The translations under genes were made by a program, and so were the position numbers. This document shows positions 9,460-18,838 of a DNA stretch of 64,000 nucleotides, piece by piece; positions within the stretch are counted from its first letter, which is position 1; every line of letters starts with the position of its first letter. The stretch comes from an uncultured delta proteobacterium (GTDB lineage Bacteria; Desulfobacterota; Desulfuromonadia; Geobacterales; DSM-12255), in assembly GCA_963787125.1 (NCBI GenBank), contig CAWBBV010000016.1:32001-96000 (forward strand). The letters run 5' to 3'. A model generated the notes under the pieces. That model searched no databases. It was not told where the DNA came from and worked only from the letters and a program-made list of their open reading frames with translations.

Positions 9460-10050
9460 TTAGGATATTTCTTTGTATAGTACACCATGCCTATTTAATA
9501 CATCTCTTATCGATTGAACGTCAGCTTCATTTAAATGATGTCCTGTAATAGCGAATACTGAAATTCCATAGTTATTTACACATCTGGGTATTATTCCTTT
9601 TGTCCGAATGTATAAATAGAATTTTTTTCTTTCATCGCTACCAATTTTCAATAATGATTGGAGCTCATATATGGAATAAAATTCAATATCAGCCCATTTC
9701 TCAGCTATTAATCTGTATATTGGTACTCTAGCGAGAAATTTATTTGGATATAGGGCAATTCCATTGTTTGTGATTATAAGCTTCATATTTCTTGAATAAT
9801 TAATATAATATGCTGGCAGCATAACAATAAGTAATATTAACAGTTCAATAACAACCAAACTGATTATACTAAATCTGATTATCAATAAATGTGAATATAA
9901 AGCATCATAAGTAAATACTAGCAAAACAATAACATTTAGTAAGACTTCTTTGTATGTTATGTATTTGCTTGCCTTTGGTTTATAAATTGAATCAAATTTA
10001 CAACATATATCTGCACTTACAATATATTCGTATTTATTTTGTGTTTTCAT
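9460..10050 (-). CDS. AT-rich two-TM membrane protein; candidate partner/immunity gene of copy 3
   Basis: 196 aa with two hydrophobic helices and a soluble C-domain (LIITNNGI...W.DIEFY). Starts 7 nt after the copy 3 stop. Confidence 0.7.
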   Translation of the reverse strand: MKTQNKYEYIVSADICCKFDSIYKPKASKYITYKEVLLNVIVLLVFTYDALYSHLLIIRFSIISLVVIELLILLIVMLPAYYINYSRNMKLIITNNGIALYPNKFLARVPIYRLIAEKWADIEFYSIYELQSLLKIGSDERKKFYLYIRTKGIIPRCVNNYGISVFAITGHHLNEADVQSIRDVLNRHGVLYKEIS

Positions 10051-10057
10051 AATTATC

Positions 10058-13000
10058 CTATAAAAAGAAATATGCTATTAAATCAACAAAATATGCACAA
10101 TAAGCAACAAGGTATTGCACAAGCTGTATTTCAACTGATTGCGGTACTCCTCCACTAAAAGGACTAGGCATGCCTCTTAGTAAAAATCCTAACGCTATCT
10201 GACCTATAATATCCATAATTGCCCCAGATCCTGTAATAATAGTCAAATCAGTCAGGCCATAACTTCTTCCAAATACTGTTTGTATAGTATTTGCAATTAC
10301 CACTTGAATAACTGTCGTCAATATAGGAACCATAACTATTCCAAGAGGCGTTGTGAATGTCAAACCAAGTGCAATTGATAATAGCAATATCGAAAAGTAT
10401 GATACCCACATTGCAGATGCGTATGGAAATAATAAATCTCCTCCATTCGACCCCCCACTGATCATATACCCACCAGCCCCGGTCTCCGGGTTAGTGATAA
10501 TATACCCACACCCAATCCAGCCATTGAAGTTGATGTTGGTCTTGGAGACGGTAACAACCTTTCCGGCATTGACTGCATTAGCGATGTCGTCTTTTGTCTG
10601 CTGGTCTAGCTGTAGTTCCCAATATAATGTTCCAAAGTTTTCTTTATTGACCGTGTAGATCGGTATCCCCTGGTCGTTGGCAATCTTGAGCGCCTTGACG
10701 GTGCTAATGGCCTGTGCCGGTGCGTCGGGAGTGGAGAAGAGCTGCTCCGGAACGCTGTGCTCCAGCGCTGATGAGGTCATGCCGCTGGAGAGCATGTACT
10801 GCCTGGCTGTCTCGCTGTTGCCGTCTTTTGCCTTTACCACTTGCATCAGATAATCAGCATCCATGTTGAGTCCGCCGGAAGCGATATAGCGCGGTATTCC
10901 CCAGAGACACATTACTTTGAGCTTGGTGGCAAAGATGGTTTCTGACGGTACGGTGATGGCGTTGACGTTCATGGTTTTTGCCGTGATGTAGTTCATGGTG
11001 CCGAGTTCTGCATGATAGGCCATGGCGGTGGTGTAGAGGAGGTCACCTATCAGATCATCTTTGGTCATGCCGGCAAAGTCGTTGTTCTGCAGTTTTGCTT
11101 TGGTAGCTTCCAGTTTTGCTTTGAGCCCGGTTAACTGCTCGGCGCTGATTCGTCCCAGGTTGAGGCCGATGGCCTGGTACACTCCGGCGTCAATGTAGTT
11201 GGTGATCTGGCTTGAGCCGTAAGCCGGGTCAGAGAAGGTCATGGTGGAGATGTTGGTGCCGCCCAGGCCTACCTGTGCTCCGGTGGCTACTACCTGGCCA
11301 TCAATTCTGAGTTCCGGCTTTACGTTGATGAGGTAGGCCGGGAGCTGGCTGGGGAGTTCGCTTGGTTGTATGGGGGTGCCGTCGGCATGCGGGCTTGGCA
11401 GATAGGCGTTGATGATAGCTTCGTCCTGAGGGGTGGCCGGGGAGTAGCTTAAGGTTATCTTCTTGCCTGCCAGTTCTGCGAGGCTTTTGGTTATGCTCAG
11501 TGTGTTGTCCACCGGTGACGGTGCATCAGGATCGACGAAGGTGTTTGAGGCTTCGTTCTCTACCCTGAAGGAGAGCTTGTGCCGCAAGCTGTCGGGGATG
11601 GTGGTGAATGTTGCCCCCTTGACAGCGGTGCGGTACGGCAATGTGCCGAGAAGATGGCGGTACTCTTTTTTGATGATCTCTTTCTTGCCAAGAACATCGC
11701 CGACAGTGGCATTGGCGTGGTTCTGCTGGATGTAGCTCTGCACCCGTGCCTGATAGTCCTGCATGGTCTGCTGGGTGAGGATGGAGTTGATGCCGGTGAC
11801 GTACCCTTGTGTTTCATCAATAGTGGCGCTGGCCTTGATCTGATCAAGGAACCCCTGGGCGTCGAAGGGGACTGCTGTCTTGATGTCGATTCCCTGGGTA
11901 AAGTTGTACTGCTTGTAGCTCGGATCAAGAGGTATCCAGGTGTCACCCTTGCCGTTTACATGCTTTGCTCCACGGGAGGGGATGTAGTTGATGAAGGCTT
12001 CGACCGAGACATGCTCAAAGCGGGCAGCAACGATCTTGCCTCCGGCAACCAGACCTTTGGTGGGAATGCCGCCACTGGACATGAAGTCGAGGGCGGACAA
12101 TGGGTCGGTGAAGCCTCCGGTCCAGTTCATGATTTTGTCAATGGGGAGTTCTACTGTGCCGGTGACATAACGGGCATTGATCCCGGCAGCCCTAAGCAGG
12201 GCAATGAGGAGGGAACTTGTATCAAAGGAGTTGCCCTGCCTGGTCAGGAGCGTCATCTGCGCCCCCTGGATGGAACCCCAGGTGGGGACGAATTCGATGT
12301 TATTCCTCACCCACTCGTAAATCTTGACCGGATTATTCCCCAGCTCCAGTGCCTTGGCCCTGATCTCCGGGGTGAGCTGTACTTCTATGGTTTCGGCCAG
12401 ATCATCGGCAGGAAGCAGTCCGGCAACTGAGCCATTTGCAGCGACCATGATCCGCTTGGCGCTCTTCCAGGCATGCTTGTTCTTCTTGAGATCCTTGTCG
12501 AACTCTTCTTTCTTGAGCCGTGGTTCGCGCTTTAGGGCTTTGGGCTGCCGATGGGGAAGATTGTTCGGATCCAGTTTATTGTGATGGGACGGAGCTTTGA
12601 CCTTTGCCAGGTGCTGGCGAGTCTTCTCAATCTCAGTCTCGACTTCATCCTTGCCTTTCGCTTTCTCAACACGGTCAATGTTCCCCTTCAGCTCGGCAAG
12701 GTTGTCGTCGTAGTGTTTGACGAACTTCTGGTGACGGGTCAGGATCTCAGACGGGAGTTTGGCGTTCTTGAGCTTCTTCTCGGTTTCAGCAAACTGCTTG
12801 CGGATGTCGGCGTCAAGGGTGTCCAGCTCACCCTTGCGGGACGTCAGCCGCTGTTTCTTGTGCTCATGACTCGTTTTCGAGTCGAGAAGTTCTGTTGTCA
12901 GTTCCTCAGTCAGCTTCGCAAACCGTTCCTCAGCCCCTTCGCTCTTCTTTGCCGGAGCCTCGGTCTTGGCCTTCTTCACGGCAGTTGTTGCTGCATGAGC

Positions 13001-13081
13001 AACGCTGAACACCCCCCCTGAGGTCCAGGTGAAGAAAGACAATACAACTGCGGCGATTATCCTTGAGTGTTTGCGAAACAT
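10058..13081 (-). CDS. Secreted transglutaminase-like domain protein with variable hydrophobic C-terminal tip (copy 3)
   Basis: ATG 13081 after GGAGGA (track start 13102). Signal ends AHA. Same TGase-like motifs as copy 1, with a third distinct tip after GGYMISGGSNGG. Confidence 0.85.
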   Translation of the reverse strand: MFRKHSRIIAAVVLSFFTWTSGGVFSVAHAATTAVKKAKTEAPAKKSEGAEERFAKLTEELTTELLDSKTSHEHKKQRLTSRKGELDTLDADIRKQFAETEKKLKNAKLPSEILTRHQKFVKHYDDNLAELKGNIDRVEKAKGKDEVETEIEKTRQHLAKVKAPSHHNKLDPNNLPHRQPKALKREPRLKKEEFDKDLKKNKHAWKSAKRIMVAANGSVAGLLPADDLAETIEVQLTPEIRAKALELGNNPVKIYEWVRNNIEFVPTWGSIQGAQMTLLTRQGNSFDTSSLLIALLRAAGINARYVTGTVELPIDKIMNWTGGFTDPLSALDFMSSGGIPTKGLVAGGKIVAARFEHVSVEAFINYIPSRGAKHVNGKGDTWIPLDPSYKQYNFTQGIDIKTAVPFDAQGFLDQIKASATIDETQGYVTGINSILTQQTMQDYQARVQSYIQQNHANATVGDVLGKKEIIKKEYRHLLGTLPYRTAVKGATFTTIPDSLRHKLSFRVENEASNTFVDPDAPSPVDNTLSITKSLAELAGKKITLSYSPATPQDEAIINAYLPSPHADGTPIQPSELPSQLPAYLINVKPELRIDGQVVATGAQVGLGGTNISTMTFSDPAYGSSQITNYIDAGVYQAIGLNLGRISAEQLTGLKAKLEATKAKLQNNDFAGMTKDDLIGDLLYTTAMAYHAELGTMNYITAKTMNVNAITVPSETIFATKLKVMCLWGIPRYIASGGLNMDADYLMQVVKAKDGNSETARQYMLSSGMTSSALEHSVPEQLFSTPDAPAQAISTVKALKIANDQGIPIYTVNKENFGTLYWELQLDQQTKDDIANAVNAGKVVTVSKTNINFNGWIGCGYIITNPETGAGGYMISGGSNGGDLLFPYASAMWVSYFSILLLSIALGLTFTTPLGIVMVPILTTVIQVVIANTIQTVFGRSYGLTDLTIITGSGAIMDIIGQIALGFLLRGMPSPFSGGVPQSVEIQLVQYLVAYCAYFVDLIAYFFL

Positions 13082-13145
13082 TCTGTTCCTCCATGAAATC
13101 AAAATTCAGTTTTACCGCCATTACAACCCCCTATATTGTAGACAC

Positions 13146-13186
13146 AAAAAAACCGCTCCATCAGCCTAAAGCTGACCCGAGCGGTT
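13146..13186 (-). terminator. Intrinsic terminator between tnsE and the toxin-like array
   Basis: Minus strand AACCGCTC-GGG-TCAGC-TTTAG-GCTGA-TG-GAGCGGTT followed by a T-run. Confidence 0.7.
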
Positions 13187-13367
13187 CTTGATCACAATAT
13201 ATACGGACTCCACAAAGTGGCGCAAATTCACCCCTGCAAATATAAACATAATGCAATGAAGGCATGTTCAATACACTGTTCTAATATTTGTGTCAATAAA
13301 AACAGACAAAAATACGTTTAGAACCCAGACAGCTAACGAGAATCCGGGCCGGGATTGCATATTCAGA

Positions 13368-15020
13368 TTACTTCGACATCCTTTCCTTTAATCTCCTGAC
13401 CCACATCTCGACATAATCCATATCCCCTGCCCGCTCGGTCATCCGTAGCAGTTTCGGCAGACGCTTGACCGCTACCCATTTCGGAAGCGTGCGTTCGGCC
13501 TCCTTGTCCCAACTGCCATAGCGGTCAACCATGGTATCGAGCAATTGTTTGATATGCTGGTCCATTTCGTCAAGCTGGCAGAAGAGGTCATAGCGAAGCA
13601 TCAGCCCAGACAGATCGCCTGCCAGCTCGCTGTGGTCGATATCAAGCACCACGAAAGGTGGCCTGACAGGCGAGGTGAACACCGCCACTAAGCAAATGCG
13701 GCGGCCCTGTGGAGTCCGCGAAACAGACTGTCCCGGCTTGAGGAAAACCAGCGATACTGTCAGGGTCAGGTCAGGCTGGGACTGCTCGATCAGTTTCAAG
13801 GTTTCGATCAATAAGCCAAGATCTCCGATGGCCTCAAAACTTGCTGGTTCGAGCGTCAACACCTCCAGCGGGGACAACCCTCCGGTGACGGATTCCTCCC
13901 CCAAACTGACTGTTTTAGAGACGATTTTGACTGGCAGTGCCGGATCAACCGGCCGTCCGGTGTCAGAGCGGGATTTGCGCGGCACCGGTTCCTGATCTCC
14001 GGTTTCCTTAACGGTCTGTCTTGCGCGGGGGGGAGAGAGAATTCTGACGACCCTGGCAGGGGAAGTGAACATACCTCGCTTACCGCCCAGCAGGATCATA
14101 TCTTGGTTTATGTCCTTTTGACTATCGGCTTCCTCATCGACTTCATGCTCACGGACATGTACGGGACGGGCTGGACGGAGTAAGTCATCTTCCTCGTTCT
14201 TGGCGACGGTTGTTCTCTCCGGCCCTGTGTTTTTCTCGCAGACCGAAGGATGTGTCCAGTTAATTACCGGGGCTGGCAGGGCACGACCGGATAGTGCGTT
14301 AATCTCCAGAACAAGCCAAGTCTGAGCCTTTGCCACACCGCGGAACTCAATCCTGCAATTTTTCAGGGGCGGTGGTTCCAAGATCAAGGTCCGTTGTCCC
14401 GAACTCAAACGCCGGACGCTGTCCCAGGCAGCTCGCCCTTCCGGATGGACCGCCGCCCAGGCGAACTCCTGAACGAACTCAGGGCGCATCAAGGCGCGGG
14501 GCGTGTTTTGATGGAATTCGATTAGAATTTCGGGATAAAAGTCAGGAACGGGAGTAAGTGCGAGATTCATCAGCCCCATCGGCTCAAGCAGGGCCTTGGC
14601 CATTACTTTGCTGTGCAGGAAAAGGAATCGAACCAGTTCCATCGCCGGGATCAGGATGGTCCAACCACGGGAGTGATAACGCAAGACACTATGGTCACCA
14701 CCGAAATGCCCCCCCAGATCATAATGATCACGGGTGAAGGCCTTGATGGCCGGGATGACCTCCATTTGCGACAGATCCGGAATCACTGCCCAGCCGCTCT
14801 TCCCTCCCTTGCGAGAGGTCAGCACCTCTCCACTGGATATCACCAGGCCCGGCATCAGAAAAGGCAGTGTCCCATAGGGTAGCCGCCAAAAAAAAGTACT
14901 GCCGTTTTTCTGGCGGAAAAACGTATCAACACAAAGTTTGCCATCAGTTGTTTTTCCGACTCCCTTCAACCACCGCAGTTCAAGGTCGTCGGTATAATTG
15001 GCCAGCGAGGAAATCTTCAT
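13368..15020 (-). CDS. tnsE: Tn7-like TnsE target-selection protein
   Basis: 550 aa directly after tnsD (ATGA overlap). N-terminal WLKGVGK...LPYGTLPFL, central IPAMELVRFLF, C-terminal RRICLVAVF...VLDID...LSGLML...GSW. Confidence 0.75.
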   Translation of the reverse strand: MKISSLANYTDDLELRWLKGVGKTTDGKLCVDTFFRQKNGSTFFWRLPYGTLPFLMPGLVISSGEVLTSRKGGKSGWAVIPDLSQMEVIPAIKAFTRDHYDLGGHFGGDHSVLRYHSRGWTILIPAMELVRFLFLHSKVMAKALLEPMGLMNLALTPVPDFYPEILIEFHQNTPRALMRPEFVQEFAWAAVHPEGRAAWDSVRRLSSGQRTLILEPPPLKNCRIEFRGVAKAQTWLVLEINALSGRALPAPVINWTHPSVCEKNTGPERTTVAKNEEDDLLRPARPVHVREHEVDEEADSQKDINQDMILLGGKRGMFTSPARVVRILSPPRARQTVKETGDQEPVPRKSRSDTGRPVDPALPVKIVSKTVSLGEESVTGGLSPLEVLTLEPASFEAIGDLGLLIETLKLIEQSQPDLTLTVSLVFLKPGQSVSRTPQGRRICLVAVFTSPVRPPFVVLDIDHSELAGDLSGLMLRYDLFCQLDEMDQHIKQLLDTMVDRYGSWDKEAERTLPKWVAVKRLPKLLRMTERAGDMDYVEMWVRRLKERMSK

Positions 15021-16834
15021 GCCGCCCGGTCCTCCGTCGCCAACATAACAGCTTCAACGCCAGGTGCGCATCGGTCCGGTAGCCCGGCCAAACGCCTCAG
15101 CCGCCAGACCTGAACCGGCTTGTCCTCCTGGCGCAGTTCCTCCGCCGCCCAGGTTATACGGCGGCACTGAAACTCTTCTACACTTTCAGCAAGCTCGGCC
15201 AGCGCTGCAGCGCACAGCGGGAGTTTGTAAAGGCGTTTTCCCAGCCAGCCGGGCTGTCCCAAAGCGCGTTCCAAGGCAAGGCGGGTAATCTGCAGGGGCG
15301 GGGTTAGGGCGCGTAGCCTTGCGACTTCTTGCCGCAGGGCTCTCGCCGTCGTCGCATCGATATCGGCCCAGTCAAAGCGGGATTTGGTGGGAATTGGGAG
15401 TATGGCGGTGGGCGGTTGCGCCTCCAACCAGTTGCGGTCATGGCGATAAAGCCATGTGTATACCGCCGGAATCTGGTGTCGCAGATGTTGCCGGGTCAGG
15501 GTTGGGTTGGCAGTGTGTATTTCGCTCCAGGCAGCGCGCATCACATCCCGTTCGATTTGTGGCCGCTTGGCCCGCTCTGGCCGGGCCTTCCACGGCGTTT
15601 CCAGCCCCAAAAGGGCAACATACCGCAATACCGTCTTGGGATCGACAAACAGAGCTTTGGCAGTGCTGCGTAGACTGGCCCCAATAGCGACAAAGTCGCG
15701 TAACCGGTTCTCAAACAACGGGCCAAGATCGAGGAGTTTGGCGCGGCTGCCTGGCTCCGGCGCAGTGCTGAAGACATACCCGCAGGAACAATGAAAAACT
15801 CCAATCGTCCTACCACCTTCATCATGCAGTCGGTAATCCGTGACGACCGGTAGGCCATGATGATCGGCAAGCGGATTGCGGCAGGGCCAGGGGCCGGGTC
15901 CGAAGGGGTTGAACCTTTCGAACAGCGGCAGCGCGTCCAACAACAACTGCATCAGAACATGGCGCAAGGGGGCAAAACTCTTCCGATGTTTGCGGGCCAT
16001 CGACACCAGCCAGCCGTCCGGCGCAGCGTCCGGCAGGATGTCGATCATCGGGCCAAAGTGTGTCAGATAGGCATCCAACAGCGCTCGTTGGTCCACCTGA
16101 GCATCCCCTCGGGCAAAACCGCGCGCAAACAGAGCAGCGCGAATGTAATCGCTCCACGCCACCAGCTTACGAGCCGCAGGCGGGTTGGTAAGCAAGGCGG
16201 CGCTAGCGATAGCAATATCGCGCAGATGCTTGAGCGTTTCCGGTTGATCTATCCAGGCGGGCTGCGGCGGATCGGCAGGGCAATTGTCCTGGTCTGCTGC
16301 GCTGAAGCCGTGCTGGCCGGTACATGGGAGAACGATCCGACTGTCAGCCAGAGGCACGCCGTGAGTCAGGCAAACGAGGACGCCAGGCAGTTGATGGTCG
16401 CGCCGCCAATAGAGCTCCCCATGTCGGGTGAGCATCTCGGCGCGACACGTCGGGCAGTAGCGCAAAGCTGAAGGCAGGCGGACCTTGCTGGCCGCCAACC
16501 CAAGTTTGACATGAAGGGCATCGGCACCATCATTCTCGGCTGTTATCGCTGCCAAAGCCCAGTCACGTGCCTCCTGCGGCTGAAAGGCCGTAACATAGTT
16601 CAGGATGGTGTTCTCTAGCGCGAGCCTGTGTGCCGTGAGTTCCCTTGCTGGCGGTAGGTTTGTCGCCAGCCGACCCAGTTCTGTCTGCAGAAACGCTCCC
16701 GCCCGGACATTGCGGCTGCCGAATGCCTCGTCCAGCATCTGTTTCGGACTGTGCCACCCGCTATGGCGGCAAGTACGCGCCAACAGGCTGTAGACAAGCT
16801 CGTCTCGATAGAGTGCCGGTAGGTAAGGCAGCAT
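15017..16834 (-). CDS. tnsD: TnsD (TniQ-domain) site-specific target selector
   Basis: LYRDELVYSLLAR; zinc finger CPTC...WRRDHQLPGVLVCLTHG; second finger GPWPCRNP...CSCGY. Confidence 0.9.
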   Translation of the reverse strand: MLPYLPALYRDELVYSLLARTCRHSGWHSPKQMLDEAFGSRNVRAGAFLQTELGRLATNLPPARELTAHRLALENTILNYVTAFQPQEARDWALAAITAENDGADALHVKLGLAASKVRLPSALRYCPTCRAEMLTRHGELYWRRDHQLPGVLVCLTHGVPLADSRIVLPCTGQHGFSAADQDNCPADPPQPAWIDQPETLKHLRDIAIASAALLTNPPAARKLVAWSDYIRAALFARGFARGDAQVDQRALLDAYLTHFGPMIDILPDAAPDGWLVSMARKHRKSFAPLRHVLMQLLLDALPLFERFNPFGPGPWPCRNPLADHHGLPVVTDYRLHDEGGRTIGVFHCSCGYVFSTAPEPGSRAKLLDLGPLFENRLRDFVAIGASLRSTAKALFVDPKTVLRYVALLGLETPWKARPERAKRPQIERDVMRAAWSEIHTANPTLTRQHLRHQIPAVYTWLYRHDRNWLEAQPPTAILPIPTKSRFDWADIDATTARALRQEVARLRALTPPLQITRLALERALGQPGWLGKRLYKLPLCAAALAELAESVEEFQCRRITWAAEELRQEDKPVQVWRLRRLAGLPDRCAPGVEAVMLATEDRAA

Positions 16835-16836
16835 GG

Positions 16837-16937
16837 TTACACCGGTCCGAATCTGGGTGGGCGAACCAGCCCGGCAGCGGCCAAAGACTCCTCGGCGGTC
16901 AGTCCGCGTTCACTGCCCTTAATGGCGATTTTGGACA
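16837..16937 (-). CDS. tnsC: tnsC 3' exon
   Basis: After splicing it reads (L)SKIAIKGSERGLTAEESLAAAGLVRPPRFGPV*, in frame with the 5' exon. The stop lies 2 nt before the tnsD ATG. Confidence 0.82.
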
Positions 16938-18838
16938 ATCGGGTAGCCGGGGGTTTTTCTCCCCCAGCCCCCACACCACCGGACATGCGGGTCCGCATCC
17001 GGCGGTTCGATAGAATTACCGGGCCGTAGCCGGGTAGTGAAGCTTCACCCACAGTTCTTTGACAGATAATAAGCCTTGATCCTTCAGACATTTGTTGGTC
17101 AAACCGGTATGAGCAGCCAATCTTCGGGACATGGCCCACGGGCCACTTCTATTCAGGCCCGCTCGGATGGCGGTGAATTTCTCCGTCCCCAACTTGAGCA
17201 GCTCCCGAATTTTGGTACGACACCAGCGCCACTGTTTCCAGTAACAGAGCCGTATCCTGCGCCTTATCCAACCGTCTATTTCCGGAATTTCACGGTAATA
17301 CTCCGATATTCCGAAGTACCCCATCCAGCCACGGAGATATTGAGCCAGTTTATACAACCGGTACTTCATGGAGACCCGCCAGCTTCTTCCGGTATACTGT
17401 TTGACGCGGCGTCTGAATTCCTTGTATGCCTTGTCAGACCAGATGATGCGGGTGCCACTGAAGATAAAACCAAGGAAGTCGATGCGGGATGTTCTTGCTA
17501 CCGCACTCTTGGTTTCATTGACGTTAAGCTTGAGTTTGCTGGTCAGGAAGGTTTTCATCCCTTCCATTACCCGGTCGCCGGCGCGCTGGCTTTTGACGAG
17601 GATGACGAAGTCGTCTGCATAGCGGACGAACTTGTGACCGCGTTTCTCAAGTTCTTTGTCCAGTGTGTCGAGCAGGATATTGGCAAGAAGCGGCGAGAGG
17701 GGGCCACCCTGGGGAACACCCAGTCTGGTCTTTTCAAGACGCCCGTTTACCTTTACACCTGCCCGTAAGTACGTGCCGATCAGGGCTAGTACCCGCTTGT
17801 CGTGAACTTTCTTGCTCACAAGGTGCATGAGCAGATCATGGTTGACCGTGTCGAAGAACTTGGCAAGGTCAATATCCACGGCAATCCGGTATCCCTGCTG
17901 GATGTACTCCCGCACCTTTCGGACAGCATCTTTTGCTGACCGACGGGGACGGAAACCGAAGCTCGATGCGGAGAAGTCCGGATCGAAGATCGGTGTCAAC
18001 ACTTGGGCAATGGACTGTTGGATCAGCCGGTCAAGTACAGTGGGTATCCCCAGCGGACGGGTTCCACCCGTTGCTTTGGGAATCTCTACCCGCTTTACCG
18101 GCAAAGGTTGGTAACTGCCTGTCATTAGCGATTCGCGAATAGTGTTCCAGTGAGAACGGGTATGGTCGGGGAATTGTTCGATGGTGATGCCATCGACGCC
18201 GGGTGCGCCCTTATTGGCTTTGACCCGTTTCCACGCTTGCTCCATGTTCGCACTGGAGAGTATCCGCTCCAGTAGGTGCTGCTCAGGGGTTGGCTGATCA
18301 ATGACGCGCTCCATAGGCATTCCCCCGGACGGGTTCTTTATGTCATGAAAGCTCATTGGTGCTACTCCCCTTTCTTCGTTCGGCCCTTCGGCGGGGTAAG
18401 GCTTCCCGGACTCTGCCGGGCTTGTTTCCAGTTGCCGGATCGCTTGCGGCAACGTCTCGCGCCTACTATGGCTTCTGCTGACTTCTGTCCGATACCCGGC
18501 ATGTTGCCATGCAGAGCGCAGCCCCACGTATCTGGAACGGCAATTCGGACAGATCTCCCCGGATAAGAACGTGAACTGTGGCTACACAACCGCAGCATTT
18601 ACCATTTCTCCTGAACCCATGGGACTTCGTCATGTTGTGCTGACTTGCCCGGATGATGGCCTTGTATGCTGTTTCTGTTCGTCGGCTCATAGCTTTGCGC
18701 TCCGGCTTCCTCCAGACCCCTCCTCGCGGAGACGCCCTTGCCTTCGGCTAGTACTTGGTTTACGCTGTCTCGCGACAGTGTTGGATTCACCGTACAGGGG
18801 ACTTGCACCCCATAAGTTCACGCCCATGACGGGCGTAC
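16938..18838 (-). mobile_element. Group IIC self-splicing intron (1901 nt) inside tnsC
   Basis: 5' end GTACGCCCGTCATGGGCGTG. Domains V/VI GAACCGCCGGATGCGGACCCGCATGTCCGGTGGTGTGGGGG...CTACCCGAT. EBS1-position ACAA at 18638-18635 is complementary to the exon end TTGT. Confidence 0.92.
17016..18356 (-). CDS. ltrA: Group II intron reverse transcriptase/maturase (no endonuclease domain)
   Basis: NKGAPGVDG, RPLGIPTVLDR, GVPQGGPLSP, RYADD, X domain GWMGYF. Probable ATG 18356 after AAGGGGAG (track start 18527). Confidence 0.95.
   Translation of the reverse strand: MSFHDIKNPSGGMPMERVIDQPTPEQHLLERILSSANMEQAWKRVKANKGAPGVDGITIEQFPDHTRSHWNTIRESLMTGSYQPLPVKRVEIPKATGGTRPLGIPTVLDRLIQQSIAQVLTPIFDPDFSASSFGFRPRRSAKDAVRKVREYIQQGYRIAVDIDLAKFFDTVNHDLLMHLVSKKVHDKRVLALIGTYLRAGVKVNGRLEKTRLGVPQGGPLSPLLANILLDTLDKELEKRGHKFVRYADDFVILVKSQRAGDRVMEGMKTFLTSKLKLNVNETKSAVARTSRIDFLGFIFSGTRIIWSDKAYKEFRRRVKQYTGRSWRVSMKYRLYKLAQYLRGWMGYFGISEYYREIPEIDGWIRRRIRLCYWKQWRWCRTKIRELLKLGTEKFTAIRAGLNRSGPWAMSRRLAAHTGLTNKCLKDQGLLSVKELWVKLHYPATAR

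Noticed and set aside
13107..13119. GGCGGTAAAACTG, ops-like element upstream of copy 3
   Set aside because: Departs from the GGCGGTAGnnTG consensus, and no RfaH/NusG paralog is nearby.
13140..13260. Cyclic-dinucleotide (GEMM) riboswitch in the array leader
   Set aside because: The GGCAAAC...GACGCAAAG core was not found.
16837..17139. 100-aa ORF as an independent gene
   Set aside because: It is a composite of the RT gene end, intron domains V/VI and the tnsC 3' exon.
18357..18527. N-terminal extension of the RT ORF
   Set aside because: Overlaps structured intron RNA; the strong SD precedes ATG 18356.
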